Of a DNA stretch of 64,000 bases, positions 46,311 to 56,553 are shown piece by piece; position 1 is the stretch's first letter, and each line of letters starts with the position of its first letter. The translations under genes were made by a program, and so were the position numbers. The notes under the pieces were generated by a model, which searched no databases, was not told the origin of the DNA, and saw nothing but the letters and a program-made list of their open reading frames with translations. The DNA comes from a virus: positions 51,449 through 115,448 of IMG/VR virus record IMGVR_UViG_3300032373_000002; one strand, written 5' to 3'.

Positions 46311-46835
46311 AGCGTGGAACCCGACAGAGAAGGACTACACACAACCTCCGAAGAAGGGGGGAGGCACGCGCTCTCCTGTTCAGCGCGTGCCTGCAACCGA
46401 GGGTCGGAGGGGCATTAGCAGGTCCCCTTTGGGTTTTAAGGGCGGGCTCAACCCCCCTTGGGGTTGAAGCTCTACGGCAAAGGGCAAGGTGAGAAGGCCG
46501 GAACAAGGCTCCAACCCCCACAGTTTTCCGGGTGATGGGGAGGTAGAGGGTCCGGGCTGATTTTCCCTCCCCCTTTCCCCTTCTGGTTGAGGGGGTTCGG
46601 GGCTCGCGCAGCGAGCCGAACTCCTCATATGGAGGTTGGACTATGGGGAGTCTCTAAGCGCCCATGCAAAAGTTGTTGCCGCGCGGGCGTCCTAATTTTG
46701 CAGGTTGCAGGAGCGTGGAGAGGCATAGGGGGCTGCGGGGGGCACCCTACATACTAAGGAGAGCCTCCCAACTTGGGAGGCTCTGTAGCGTCTCAGAGGC
46801 TGTTGCTCGTTGGGGCGGGTTGCCCCAACCCCCCC

Positions 46836-47834
46836 TCAGTAGGCGCGGGTGGAGAGGCCCATCAGGCGAACGGCACCCTCGACCTGATCAGCCCTGCGGG
46901 GGTTGTGGCGGACGAGATGGTTGAACAGCTCGCCGTTGATGTAGCCCCGGCGCTCCATAGCGCCGACGAGCGCAAACACGTAGGAATTCTTGCTGGAGCC
47001 GTTGGGGCTGGGGACGCTGTCGCGGATGTCCCGCATACCGTTCGCCAGGAGGAAGTCGGCCATCTCCTGGTTGGAGTCGAAGAGGGTCAGGAAGAGCTGG
47101 CGGGTCAGCGCCCCAGCCTGGCTGTTGTCGGTGGGGCGGGCGCGGGAGGGAAAGTCGGGGAGTGGGTGCTGGACCTGGTCGGGCTCGGGGTCGGGCTGCA
47201 TCTTGGGGGTGGTGAGGAGGGTCTCAGCGGGCATACGGTACTTGGGGTTCTTGACGCGCTTGCTGGCAGCGTCCTCGATGGCCTCCCACTCAGCGGGCTC
47301 CTTGCCCTTGGCGAGCTTGGAGTAGAAGCTGCAGAGGCCGAGGGAGCTGAGACCCTCCATGGCCTCGGCGACCTCCTCGTCAGCGAGAATGGCGACCGCG
47401 ATGGTGAGGAGGGTGTCCTCGGTGAGATCAGAGTCTTCGTCGGCGAGGGCCTCGGAGATGAGGAGGCCGGTCTTGCCCATCTCGGTGAAGGGCTTCCGCG
47501 TGACTGGCTCGCAGGTGACTGCCGACCCCTCGGTGGGGTCAGAGGCCTGGGCCAGCTCCAGCGCCTTGTCGACGGGGACCCAGATGTAGGTGTAGTAGGA
47601 GCGGTTCTCGCGCGGGGCGAACTTGGGGTTCTTGCGGCGCTCCTTGTTGAGGGTGACCTCAGTGAACTCGATCACCCCGTCGATTTCGACGGGGTTGTTA
47701 TCCTGGTAGTCCTCGATGGGGATCAGCAGGAGGGGGTATGCAGCGCGGAGGGCCTCCAGGTCTTCGGCGTCCTGGGTGGCGCCCTGGGCTGCGGACCGGA
47801 TCTTCTTGCGGAGGGCGTCGGAAATGCTCAGCAT
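46836..47834 (-). CDS. protein with C-terminal EAD (effector-associated/death-like)-like domain
   Basis: LF...EMADFL...VP...MERRGYINGELFNHL...P.R pattern. Confidence 0.6.
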   Translation of the reverse strand: MLSISDALRKKIRSAAQGATQDAEDLEALRAAYPLLLIPIEDYQDNNPVEIDGVIEFTEVTLNKERRKNPKFAPRENRSYYTYIWVPVDKALELAQASDPTEGSAVTCEPVTRKPFTEMGKTGLLISEALADEDSDLTEDTLLTIAVAILADEEVAEAMEGLSSLGLCSFYSKLAKGKEPAEWEAIEDAASKRVKNPKYRMPAETLLTTPKMQPDPEPDQVQHPLPDFPSRARPTDNSQAGALTRQLFLTLFDSNQEMADFLLANGMRDIRDSVPSPNGSSKNSYVFALVGAMERRGYINGELFNHLVRHNPRRADQVEGAVRLMGLSTRAY

Positions 47835-48061
47835 GGTTTTGCGGGCCTTGGGGTGGTGTTGCTTCGTGCCAGAGTGCGAAGTGTACGGACCTGCTCACCC
47901 TCCGGCAACGCTAACTACCCGGAGACCCGCCTTGGGGTGAGGCGGGGTGCCTGAGATGCAAAGTTCAGGTTCTTCAAACGCAAAAAGACCCCCCGGTAGG
48001 CATGGCAACCTATCCAGGGGGTCTTCCTTGTTGGGGGGTCTTCCTTGTTGGGGGGTGGGGG

Positions 48062-48301
48062 TCAGCGCGTCAGATAGTAGACGTAGCGCAGGCCCATGTT
48101 GTCCCAGGCCATGCCGAGTTGCTGGAGGCGGAGACCGGCGTGGGAGCTGGGACCGCACTCCGCCACCACCGCGAAGCGGGAGGTCCTGCCGAACATGCCC
48201 CGACCGGAGTAGCCTTCTCGGACATCGTAGCCGACGCACTCCGCGTGGAGGAAGTCCTCGATGTCTTCGATGAGGGTCTGGAGTTCTTGCGGGACTACCA
48301 T
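48062..48301 (-). CDS. conserved phage protein (YSGRGMFG)
   Basis: YSGRGMFG...DNMG motif. Confidence 0.8.
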   Translation of the reverse strand: MVVPQELQTLIEDIEDFLHAECVGYDVREGYSGRGMFGRTSRFAVVAECGPSSHAGLRLQQLGMAWDNMGLRYVYYLTR

Positions 48302-48829
48302 TCAGGGATCCTGGAGGAGGGGGGTGATGTCGTCCAGGGTGAGGACCCCAGAGCCGAGCAGGGCGTCGAGGGTCTCGCGGGGCGAGACCCCATAGCGGAG
48401 GAGGAGCTGGTCGAGGGTCTTGGGCTCACCCGCGGGAACGAGGAGGGGAACCAGGGCCTGGATGAGCTGCTGGCGCTTGTTCGGGGTGTCGGGGTTCTTG
48501 GGCACAGGAGTTCCCCGGCTGTCGTAGAGCTTGCGTCCGAAGCCGGGGAACTCCTTGCAGTAGAGGGTGATGCTGGCGACGGTCTTGCCCTCCGGGGTCT
48601 GGGCAGCGTTGGGGTTCCGGCGGAGGGCGGCTTCGAGGAGGAGGACCTCCTCGGGGTCGGAGTACCAGTCCTCGTAGGTGCGGACCTCGACCCGGAACTT
48701 GGTCCCCTTGGGGATGACCTTGCGGCGGTCCCACTCCCACTTGTAGGTTCCGTTCTTGTACGGGTTCTGGACGTCCGCACTCAGTCGGACGATCTCGCCA
48801 TCAAGGGCAGCGAGGGCGTTGTAGTCCAA
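48302..48829 (-). CDS. hypothetical protein
   Basis: AGGAG RBS, TTG start. Confidence 0.7.
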   Translation of the reverse strand: MDYNALAALDGEIVRLSADVQNPYKNGTYKWEWDRRKVIPKGTKFRVEVRTYEDWYSDPEEVLLLEAALRRNPNAAQTPEGKTVASITLYCKEFPGFGRKLYDSRGTPVPKNPDTPNKRQQLIQALVPLLVPAGEPKTLDQLLLRYGVSPRETLDALLGSGVLTLDDITPLLQDP

Positions 48830-48831
48830 GG

Positions 48832-49197
48832 TTAGGCTCCTGTTCGGACGATGAGGTGCGAAGGTGGTTGGGGGTGAAGGTCGCCGAAGGCGTACCAGAG
48901 TCCTTCCTTCTGGGTCCCGGCGCTGATGGCGCCCAGAACGAACCCCACAGCCTGGAACAAGGACGCGACCTTCATGTCGTAGAAGGGGAGGGCTTGGCCG
49001 GTGGTCAGCGTGTACAGGAGGACGGAGGACTTCATGCCCGGACCAGTCGCTCCGAGGGCGTCCCACTGTTCCCACTGGACAAAGGCTCGGGGGTCGCCCT
49101 GGTACACCTGGAAGCCATTCGAGTAGACGTGCAGGGTCGGTCCGTCGAACACGACCATGCCCCCCTTTTCGGGGATGTATTGGGGTTGAAAGCTCAT
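48832..49197 (-). CDS. hypothetical protein
   Basis: ORF. Confidence 0.7.
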   Translation of the reverse strand: MSFQPQYIPEKGGMVVFDGPTLHVYSNGFQVYQGDPRAFVQWEQWDALGATGPGMKSSVLLYTLTTGQALPFYDMKVASLFQAVGFVLGAISAGTQKEGLWYAFGDLHPQPPSHLIVRTGA

Positions 49198-49349
49198 CCG
49201 TCCACCGAATACCGGACGCGGGTCCCGCACAGGCGGGTCATCTCACGGAATGCTTGGTCGGCCTCCTCCTCGTTGCCGCAGACCACTCGGACCTTCCGAC
49301 CCGAGGGGTCGGTGTAGCTGAGGGTCAGGGGATACAGGCTCTCGTTCAT
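49194..49349 (-). CDS. small hypothetical protein
   Basis: AAGGAG RBS; MNESLYPLT... Confidence 0.55.
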   Translation of the reverse strand: MNESLYPLTLSYTDPSGRKVRVVCGNEEEADQAFREMTRLCGTRVRYSVDG

Positions 49350-49361
49350 GGTGTGCTCCTT

Positions 49362-50489
49362 TCAGGCAGCTTCGAGTTGGAGGTCCTGGACGCCGGTCTG
49401 GGGGTGGGGCACTCCCGCGCGCACGACCTTGTGCTTCGTACCGTTGTAAACGACCAGGTCCCCCACCTTGTAGGGCTGGGGCTTGTTGTCCTTCTTGGAC
49501 GGCGGGGAGCCCTCCGGGGGCTCGGCGTCCTCCCCCGCACCTCCGGAGGGCTGACCATCACCCTCTTGGGGCTGGCCCTGCTGGGGCTGCTGCTTCGGCT
49601 GGGATGCGACGTTGGCGATCTCAGCGATGACCTCCATGGCCAGCCAGAGGCACTCCATGTCCTCCTGGGGGCCGAGCGCGATGGCGCGTTCGAGGTACGG
49701 CTTCAGCGGACCTTCGGTGACGAACCGATAGCCCTCGGGGCTGGACTCCTGGTACTCTTCGAGCGCGGTGCGCTGGAGGTGGGAGTCGTCAGCGTACCCC
49801 AGGCCGAGGTCCCGGAAGGTGCCGCAGACCACCCGAAGGAAGTCGTTGGTCGCGTTGCCGGTCGAGCGGTGATCGCTGGCGCTTTCGGTGACCCCCTGCC
49901 CCTCTTGGCGGAGGATGAAGTCCTGAAGCTCCACCATCTTGGGGTAGACTCCGGGATACTCCTTGCAGCCGACCCGCTCGATGCGGATGTCCTCGATGAT
50001 GTTGGACCAGGTGAGCAGTGCGCCCAAGAAGCTGGCCCAGGACTTGCCGTGGGGGAGTCGGCCCCAGTAGCTGGTGACCTTCATGACATGCCCCAACCGG
50101 AGCGCCCGCCGCCGAGAATACTTCGTGTGGAACGCTTCGTGGTACACGCCACCGGTGAGGGCGAGGTCCACGGGCCGCGGAATTTCGGCAGGCAGGGCCG
50201 CGATGACGATGTGGGGATTGGTCACGCGCGTCGCGTTGGCGAAGGTGATCCAGCCTCGGATGTCGTCCCCCGTGGGGTTCATGTCGGGGTTGAGGCGAGC
50301 CCAGTCGCTCAGCGCCTTGAGGAAGCTCCGACCGACCCAGCGGTCCCGGTTGTAGAAGCCAGCGCCCTTGCTGTGTACCTGGCGACGGTCCTTCGAGCCG
50401 GGGTCCAAGATGGCATCGCAGCTTCCCTGGTACGCTTTCAGTCGGCCGCAGCCAGGGAAGGTGAAATCCTTGCGTTGACGGGAGGGCAT
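49362..50489 (-). CDS. CobT-N/zincin-like metallopeptidase domain protein
   Basis: HEAFH...NIIEDIRIER; no vWA domain. Confidence 0.7.
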   Translation of the reverse strand: MPSRQRKDFTFPGCGRLKAYQGSCDAILDPGSKDRRQVHSKGAGFYNRDRWVGRSFLKALSDWARLNPDMNPTGDDIRGWITFANATRVTNPHIVIAALPAEIPRPVDLALTGGVYHEAFHTKYSRRRALRLGHVMKVTSYWGRLPHGKSWASFLGALLTWSNIIEDIRIERVGCKEYPGVYPKMVELQDFILRQEGQGVTESASDHRSTGNATNDFLRVVCGTFRDLGLGYADDSHLQRTALEEYQESSPEGYRFVTEGPLKPYLERAIALGPQEDMECLWLAMEVIAEIANVASQPKQQPQQGQPQEGDGQPSGGAGEDAEPPEGSPPSKKDNKPQPYKVGDLVVYNGTKHKVVRAGVPHPQTGVQDLQLEAA

Positions 50490-50498
50490 GGGGGCTCC

Positions 50499-50660
50499 TT
50501 AGTAGAGGGTGACGGTGCCGAGTGCTTCAAGCGATACGACCGAGTAGAACTCGTCGTCGATGTCGCCGCCCACGTGGAACAGGTTGTCCCCGTCAGGCCC
50601 GTCGTACTTCTCGATGGTGACGGTCGTGCCGTCCGTCAGGGCGATGGTGCCGATGATCAT
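50499..50660 (-). CDS. small hypothetical protein
   Basis: GGAG RBS downstream of promoter motif. Confidence 0.65.
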   Translation of the reverse strand: MIIGTIALTDGTTVTIEKYDGPDGDNLFHVGGDIDDEFYSVVSLEALGTVTLY

Positions 50661-50789
50661 GGGATTACTCCGCGAAAAGGGGGACTCGTCATCGTTACGG
50701 TCAAAATCAGGCCCCGAAATCAACGGAGGGCTCAAAATCACGAAAATCCCCACCCGGCGTAGGGGTGGGGATTGGAAATTAGGGCGAGG

Positions 50790-51029
50790 TCAGTATGCTC
50801 GAATTGCTTCGGCAGCCTGACCGAAGGTGGCGTCGTTGACCTCTCCCTTGAGGTCCCTCTGGAGCATCCGCAGCACCACGGTAGAATGCTCCCAGTTCCG
50901 ACGTGCGTCCGGATGCTCCAAGATATCCAGCGCAGCGTCCTTGCCGTAGGTGTTGGCGATCTCCACGGCGGACCGCTGGATGGCTGCCTGTCGGTCTGCG
51001 GGCAGCGCGTGGAAAGAGGGGATTCTCAT
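50790..51029 (-). CDS. hypothetical protein
   Basis: GGAG RBS. Confidence 0.7.
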   Translation of the reverse strand: MRIPSFHALPADRQAAIQRSAVEIANTYGKDAALDILEHPDARRNWEHSTVVLRMLQRDLKGEVNDATFGQAAEAIRAY

Positions 51030-51408
51030 CGTAGGGCTCCGGGGGGTGGGATTCAGCATCCTCACGGCTGAAATCGACCACGGAAATCAACCTGTCACTC
51101 AAATTCCCAATCCGCAGGCTATCCGCCCGGTAATGCGTTGGCGCAGCGACCCCCAAGGCCGAGCCCGCTCTCCCATAGTCCACCGTCCCGGACGCCAATG
51201 AGTTGAGCGAGCCCAGTCCCAAGGCCACAGCACCAACAAGACATCGCCCTTGCGAAGCCATTACGACCCTGGTTCGTCCCTTTCCGCTGGAGGGGGGTCA
51301 ACGACCGGGGGATTAGACGTTCTCGGAGCCTGGGGCTCACCCTGTATCACGGTCGTCCGGAGGTAAGCCCAGGCTCCGAAAACGTCTAATCCCCGAGAGG
51401 AGACTTCT

Positions 51409-51774
51409 ATGTTGCTCGCCGTCCTTGGCACCCTGATCGCCTGCACCTCTGCCACCACGCCCGACGCGAACGAGGCGATGCCGGAGTGCGGGGACGTTCC
51501 TCCAGGACTCTCCGAGACCACCGAGAGTCCTGGGTCGTGGACCCTCGGTGCATCGACCCAGTGGGTTGGAGTGACTCTTGGAGGCTCGGGCGGGACGGCC
51601 TACTCGTGCTTCTGCCAGAAGGGCTCAGGGGAATGCCTGAACTGGGGCTGCGAGTTGAGCATCAACTACGACCCTCAAGGGGAGCTGACAGGCAGCTGTT
51701 CCGGGAAGTGCAGCGGGCCCGACCCGCTCTGCAGCGCTGCCTCCCGCTGCACTGTGACCTCGTACCCGTTCTGA
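51409..51774 (+). CDS. Cys-rich lipoprotein
   Basis: GAGGAG RBS; lipobox LIAC. Confidence 0.75.
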   Translation: MLLAVLGTLIACTSATTPDANEAMPECGDVPPGLSETTESPGSWTLGASTQWVGVTLGGSGGTAYSCFCQKGSGECLNWGCELSINYDPQGELTGSCSGKCSGPDPLCSAASRCTVTSYPF

Positions 51775-51803
51775 CCTTCTGACGCCTCCCCAGCAGATAC
51801 AAG

Positions 51804-51833
51804 AAAATGCCCCCCCACTACGGAGGGGCATTT
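51804..51833. terminator. bidirectional terminator
   Basis: AAAATGCCCC...GGGGCATTTT between convergent genes. Confidence 0.8.
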
Positions 51834-51846
51834 TGCATCGGGGGGC

Positions 51847-52335
51847 TCAAGCTGGCGGCTTCTTCCCGAACCAGAGGGTGGCCTCGGGCAGGCGTTCCTT
51901 CAGAGACTCCAGAGACTCCTCCCAGAAGATGCACCCGGAACCCTTGCAGTCCAGCTCGAACTTTGCCGGCCACTTCTCGTCGAACTTGCGGCGGTAGCTG
52001 ACCGTGTAGGTGCCGGCCTTGACTTCCCCGACCGGCTCGGGGACCTCCATCTCGCCCCAGACCATGAAGTCGTAGTAGTCCTCGAAGACCTCCCCGACAG
52101 CAGCCTGCAGCTCCCCCAGCGTCTTGAAGCGGGCCAGCAACTGTCGGCAGTTCTCCCGGACCCAGGTGACTGCCGACCCCTCGTCGTCGGCGGTGACTTC
52201 GAGCGCGTACTCTCGGTCCCCCTCCTTGTAGATGACGGCGATGTCGAACTCACAGCCGTCGATGATGTGGTCGTTGCCGGTGACGTCGTACATGGTGACG
52301 ACGCCAACGATGTCAACGGACTCCAGAGTGGGCAT
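51847..52335 (-). CDS. hypothetical protein
   Basis: AGGAG RBS. Confidence 0.8.
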   Translation of the reverse strand: MPTLESVDIVGVVTMYDVTGNDHIIDGCEFDIAVIYKEGDREYALEVTADDEGSAVTWVRENCRQLLARFKTLGELQAAVGEVFEDYYDFMVWGEMEVPEPVGEVKAGTYTVSYRRKFDEKWPAKFELDCKGSGCIFWEESLESLKERLPEATLWFGKKPPA

Positions 52336-52977
52336 CGGGATTCTCCTGGTCTATGGGGGTCTCAGGTTGCAGCGCGGCGGCAGGAAGCCCTCAACGCTTC
52401 CCGGAGGGCCATGGTCTCACCCTCGTTACGGCATCGGCGCACCCGCGAAATCAACCCGCCACTCAAATTCCGCTACGATGACGGCTATTCGGAGCCCCCA
52501 ATTTAATTGAAGAGTTGAATTCTCTAAAACCGCGCTAAAAACTTCAAGCCGGGACCCCCAGGCCCAAATTCACGGCATCTGGTCTGCATGAATTTTGAAA
52601 ATGTAAATCGAACCCCCAATAAACAACCTCCCATAGACCCCTGCGCGCCCGCAGCGCGGGCTCCGCCTCAGTAAAGGGAGGTTGTTCGGACCCCTTCAGC
52701 TGGCCCCTCTGGCTATCCGAGGAGAGCTTGCCCCCCTGGACCCCCTTCATCTGGGGAGCCTCCTGGGTTTCAGCGGAAACGGGGGGTCGCCCGTATATAT
52801 CCTGCTGCCAAATTTTTAAAATCAAAACCTAAACCCCCCTCGCCGACCCGCCCATGCCCCGGAAGACCCCGGTGGAAGGCGAGGGAAGGTGAGGGGGGAA
52901 CCTTGGTCGTGGCTCCCTGTAGAGAGAGTGCGAGGGGTCCGACCTGGTTTTTAGGGCGTCTGTGTAGACGGGGTCTC

Positions 52978-53427
52978 TTACTGGCGGGGTCGGCGGGTGC
53001 GATCGCGCCACCCGGCGATGTAGAGGGAGGCCCGCAGGTAGTACTGCCCAGTGCCCTTGCCCTCCCCCAGGCGCTCTTCGAAGAACTGCTTCTGGGCCTC
53101 CTGCGCATCGAGGGACTGGTCCTCGGGGTCACGGAGCAGTCTCAGAGCTTCGCGGGGGGAGCCTTGGCAGCGGTAGAGCCACTGGAAGGCCACCTTCTCG
53201 GAGTCGATGATCTGGACCATCTCGTCCAGCTCCGCGCGCAGCTCCTCTGGCTGGTATGGCAGCCTCCTCCGGACCCACTTGGCGGCCGTTTTGCTGGGGC
53301 AGGGCTGCTGGGAGTCGTTGGTGAGGAGGGCCTGACGGGTCAGGTCGGGTCCGAAGGTGAGCATCATCTGCTCGGCGAGACGCTCCAGGCCCGCGTCGTA
53401 GCTCTGGGGAGTGGGTTCCGGGGTCAT
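52978..53427 (-). CDS. hypothetical protein
   Basis: GGAG RBS. Confidence 0.7.
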   Translation of the reverse strand: MTPEPTPQSYDAGLERLAEQMMLTFGPDLTRQALLTNDSQQPCPSKTAAKWVRRRLPYQPEELRAELDEMVQIIDSEKVAFQWLYRCQGSPREALRLLRDPEDQSLDAQEAQKQFFEERLGEGKGTGQYYLRASLYIAGWRDRTRRPRQ

Positions 53428-53912
53428 CGTAGTGCTCCGAGGGTGTCAGGCTTCCTTACGGCCGAATCAAGCCTTTGGTCGGTTTTGGGCCAAGGGTACG
53501 TCCTCAGCTGCCTGCCGCTTCCGTACATCTGGTACAGGAAGTCCACGTACTCCCCATAGATCCAGTCCTGGTCCTCGAAGCGGGCGAAGTCTTCGGTCCG
53601 CTTGGGCCGGGAGACCTGACCCGAGGGAGACACCTCCACCCTCGTGCGAGCGGTGCCGAAGTAGGCTTCCCACTCCAGGGCCTGGAGTGCTGCGGGCTCA
53701 TGGAGGCTGAAGACTCCATGAGCCATTTCGATGGCCTGGTCTACCACCGTTTGCTGAGGATCCCCCAAGAGTTCTCGGAGGCGGGGACGGGTCTCCAGTT
53801 CCGACAGGAGAGCCCGCATTCCCTGCACCAACCCTGCGAGGATGGCGGTGCAGTTTGCCCCACTCGGCTCTTCTTGGAAGAACAGCAGCCTCAGTTGGGT
53901 CGCGGAATACAC
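53424..53912 (-). CDS. hypothetical protein (QAIE motif)
   Basis: Coupled ORF. Confidence 0.65.
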   Translation of the reverse strand: MYSATQLRLLFFQEEPSGANCTAILAGLVQGMRALLSELETRPRLRELLGDPQQTVVDQAIEMAHGVFSLHEPAALQALEWEAYFGTARTRVEVSPSGQVSRPKRTEDFARFEDQDWIYGEYVDFLYQMYGSGRQLRTYPWPKTDQRLDSAVRKPDTLGALR

Positions 53913-53913
53913 T

Positions 53914-54153
53914 TCAGCGCTTCCCGACTTCGTAGTTGGTCACCTCCCACTCTCCGAGCAGGGAGTACTCCGCGTTGGCGGGATCCTCGGCTTGGTCCTG
54001 GACGTACTGGTCTGCCAGCCGGTCCAGCATGTCGAACAGGGACATGCGGCTGAGGTTGGTGATGTTGAACTGGGTGCGGTAGACCTTGCCCTGGCCGTGT
54101 GGGGTGTTGGGGCCGTAGGCATAGATCTCCATCGTGACGAGCAGCGGCTTCAT
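53914..54153 (-). CDS. hypothetical protein
   Basis: GAGG RBS. Confidence 0.75.
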   Translation of the reverse strand: MKPLLVTMEIYAYGPNTPHGQGKVYRTQFNITNLSRMSLFDMLDRLADQYVQDQAEDPANAEYSLLGEWEVTNYEVGKR

Positions 54154-54256
54154 CGGATCCTCGTAGGGTAGGAAGGTGGGAGAGGGGGCTGACAGCCCGT
54201 GTTGGAGAGGCCGTCAGGAGGGGAGCAACTGCAAGAGAACTGGGTCATGTTCAGGC

Positions 54257-54692
54257 TTACTCAGCCAGGAAGGCTTCGACGTCGGACTTGAGCTGGTCCG
54301 CCCGGTCCTTGGGGACGGTGGCCTGGAAGACGAAGAGGTCCACCCCACTGCTGAGGGGTCCACGGGGGCGTCGGCGTGCCCTGAAGGTGCGGGGCTGGTA
54401 ACCGCGCTCCAGGAACCAGCCCCGGATGTGGGATGTGCGCTGTCGGAGGACCTCCATCGTCCGCTCCACCAAGGCAGGGCGCACCCACAGCTCCAGGGTG
54501 AACTCCACGGTGTTTTCGGGCACGTACAGCCGCCCTCCGGATAGGGTGCCGTCGCTCGCCGTCCTCGGCCCCTTGAGCCCCCCATAGCTCAGGATGCAGG
54601 AGCTGCCGTCGATGTAGGGGTGGGTCACGCAGGTCGCGTGGAGCATGTCACGCCAACGGGGGCACAGGTCTTGCATGTTGTTGATCGGCATG
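54257..54692 (-). CDS. hypothetical protein (start approximate)
   Basis: ORF. Confidence 0.65.
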
Positions 54693-54729
54693 GCCTTCGG
54701 GGTCCCGTGAAAAGAGGTTCGACTTGGGG

Positions 54730-54993
54730 TCAGGACTTGATGTAGCCCGCCACGAGGAAGCAGCGGGCCAAGAGCATGAGGTCTTGGGGGAGGTTCGGAC
54801 CTTCGGTCAGGACTCGAAGGTCGCCTCGGGGGTCCAGCTTCACTGGACCCCCGAGGCGACAGAAGTCTTCGGGCTTCCAGCAGTGCTCTTCGCACATACG
54901 CAAAAGCAGCCCTTGGACGCGGGCTGCTTGGTAGTCCAGGTCCTGCTGGTCGGTGTTGAGAGCAAGTTCCTCGTCCAACTCGTCCAGGGTCAT
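54730..54993 (-). CDS. hypothetical protein
   Basis: GGAG RBS. Confidence 0.7.
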   Translation of the reverse strand: MTLDELDEELALNTDQQDLDYQAARVQGLLLRMCEEHCWKPEDFCRLGGPVKLDPRGDLRVLTEGPNLPQDLMLLARCFLVAGYIKS

Positions 54994-55033
54994 GGCAGTT
55001 CTCCAGGAATTTCAGTCTTGCCTACGGTAGGGG

Positions 55034-55858
55034 TCAAGCCACCGTGAAGATGTCGTAGATGCGGGGGCAGTCGTCTTGTTCCCCGCATTCCGGCCCGAAC
55101 CAGAGCTGCTGATTGGAGTGCGTGGAGGGCGGGTGCATCGCAGCGGCTTCGACCATGTAGTAGGAGGGCTCCCCTCCCCCCGGAATGCCCCACCGGAAGA
55201 ACTCAGCCCACCACGCGCCGTGGGCTTCTTCCAAGTACCCCAGGAACCGCTGCTGCTGGCCCCGGCTCAGCTTGGCCCAGGCACTGCGGAAAGCGTGGAA
55301 GCCCTCCCCGCAGTAGTTGGTGACCGAGCGGGGGTGGCGGGCTCCGTCCGGGTAGATGCGAGAGGCGTTCTCAGCGGCGTCAATGAGGGTGCCCTCGTCT
55401 CCGCTCTCCCCAGCCCATCGCATCAGGCCGGTTGCCGTCTTGTAGTGGCGGAACCAGGTCGGGGGACTCGTGCCCAGGAGGAGCACCCGATCCTTCTCGG
55501 TCAGCGGACGGTACGCGGGCACGCGGGCACCATAGTGGGCATCCACCGGCAGGTAAGGCAGTCGCTGCTGCTCCGCCCAGCGACGGGCCAACAAGGTGGC
55601 CAGGAGGACCCCCGTGTTCGGCGGCACGCGCTCGCCGCTGAAGATCAAATGCGGCGAGCTGCCGTACAGAACGTCGATGTCGCCCGCCAGCTTGCCGAGG
55701 CGGAGAACGGAGCCGTGTATCTGGACGATGAAGTGGCCGTTCCAGGCGTCGGGCATCCCGACCGCACGCCAGAGCTCGATGCCCTGGTCGCGCACAGTGG
55801 AGTCGAGGCTGCCGATCAGTTCCCGCAGCCGTGCCGGATCGTAGCTCTCGTCCGACAT
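55034..55858 (-). CDS. hypothetical protein with QGIEL leader
   Basis: TGATG coupling. Confidence 0.75.
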   Translation of the reverse strand: MSDESYDPARLRELIGSLDSTVRDQGIELWRAVGMPDAWNGHFIVQIHGSVLRLGKLAGDIDVLYGSSPHLIFSGERVPPNTGVLLATLLARRWAEQQRLPYLPVDAHYGARVPAYRPLTEKDRVLLLGTSPPTWFRHYKTATGLMRWAGESGDEGTLIDAAENASRIYPDGARHPRSVTNYCGEGFHAFRSAWAKLSRGQQQRFLGYLEEAHGAWWAEFFRWGIPGGGEPSYYMVEAAAMHPPSTHSNQQLWFGPECGEQDDCPRIYDIFTVA

Positions 55859-56163
55859 CAGCGTGCGGTGTTGTAGTCGAGGACCGCCTCGGCGAGGTCC
55901 TCGCTGGTGGCGAAGGTTCGCCAGAGAACGACGGGCGAACCTCCAAAGCCCTCGGCGAGGGCCTTGGCCTGACCCATCTCCCGGTAGCTGACGACGAGCA
56001 CCTTGTACATGCCGTGCTCGAGGACCAGCCGCTTCTTGTGGCGGAGATCGTCGGTGTCCGCCTCGGCGATGATCGTCGGGTGCTCGTCGAGCCAGGCAGC
56101 GGCCTCACTGGCGCTGAGACGCGGGAGGGCGAGGGGCTTCTGGTAGACGGGGTTGCCGGTCAT
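55858..56163 (-). CDS. hypothetical protein
   Basis: AGGAG RBS, promoter upstream. Confidence 0.75.
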   Translation of the reverse strand: MTGNPVYQKPLALPRLSASEAAAWLDEHPTIIAEADTDDLRHKKRLVLEHGMYKVLVVSYREMGQAKALAEGFGGSPVVLWRTFATSEDLAEAVLDYNTAR

Positions 56164-56249
56164 GGTAGTGCTCCTGGGTAGGCGGCGGGGGCGAGCATTA
56201 TCGCTCACCCCCATTACGGGGCTGGGGTTCGGGGGAAATCAAAAAAGGC

Positions 56250-56544
56250 TCAGGCCTGCCACCCCCCGCAGGAGGCGCAGACCACGCAGTCGTGTCCGCC
56301 GTCTGACTTCAGGAAGTCCCTCACGCGCTTCAGCCACCGCTCTTGGTTGAGGTCGGCGAAGTACTCGGCGCTGGAGGGGTGAATCTTGACCTCAAGTCCC
56401 CCCCTGGCCGTCGGCCTGGTAAAGGAACTGGACCCCTTCGAGGAGACGGCCACCCACTGTGTAGCCGTCGAAGAGAAACCCTTCCTCCGCCCCGCACTGG
56501 TAGCAGGGGTCCAGCTTCTTCTTGGCCTGATCGAGATAGCACAC
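56250..56544 (-). CDS. Zn-finger protein split by +1 shift at G7 (56398-56404)
   Basis: MCYLDQ...CYQC joins LEVK...CASC if one G is removed. Confidence 0.55.
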
Positions 56545-56553
56545 GGTTGCCCC

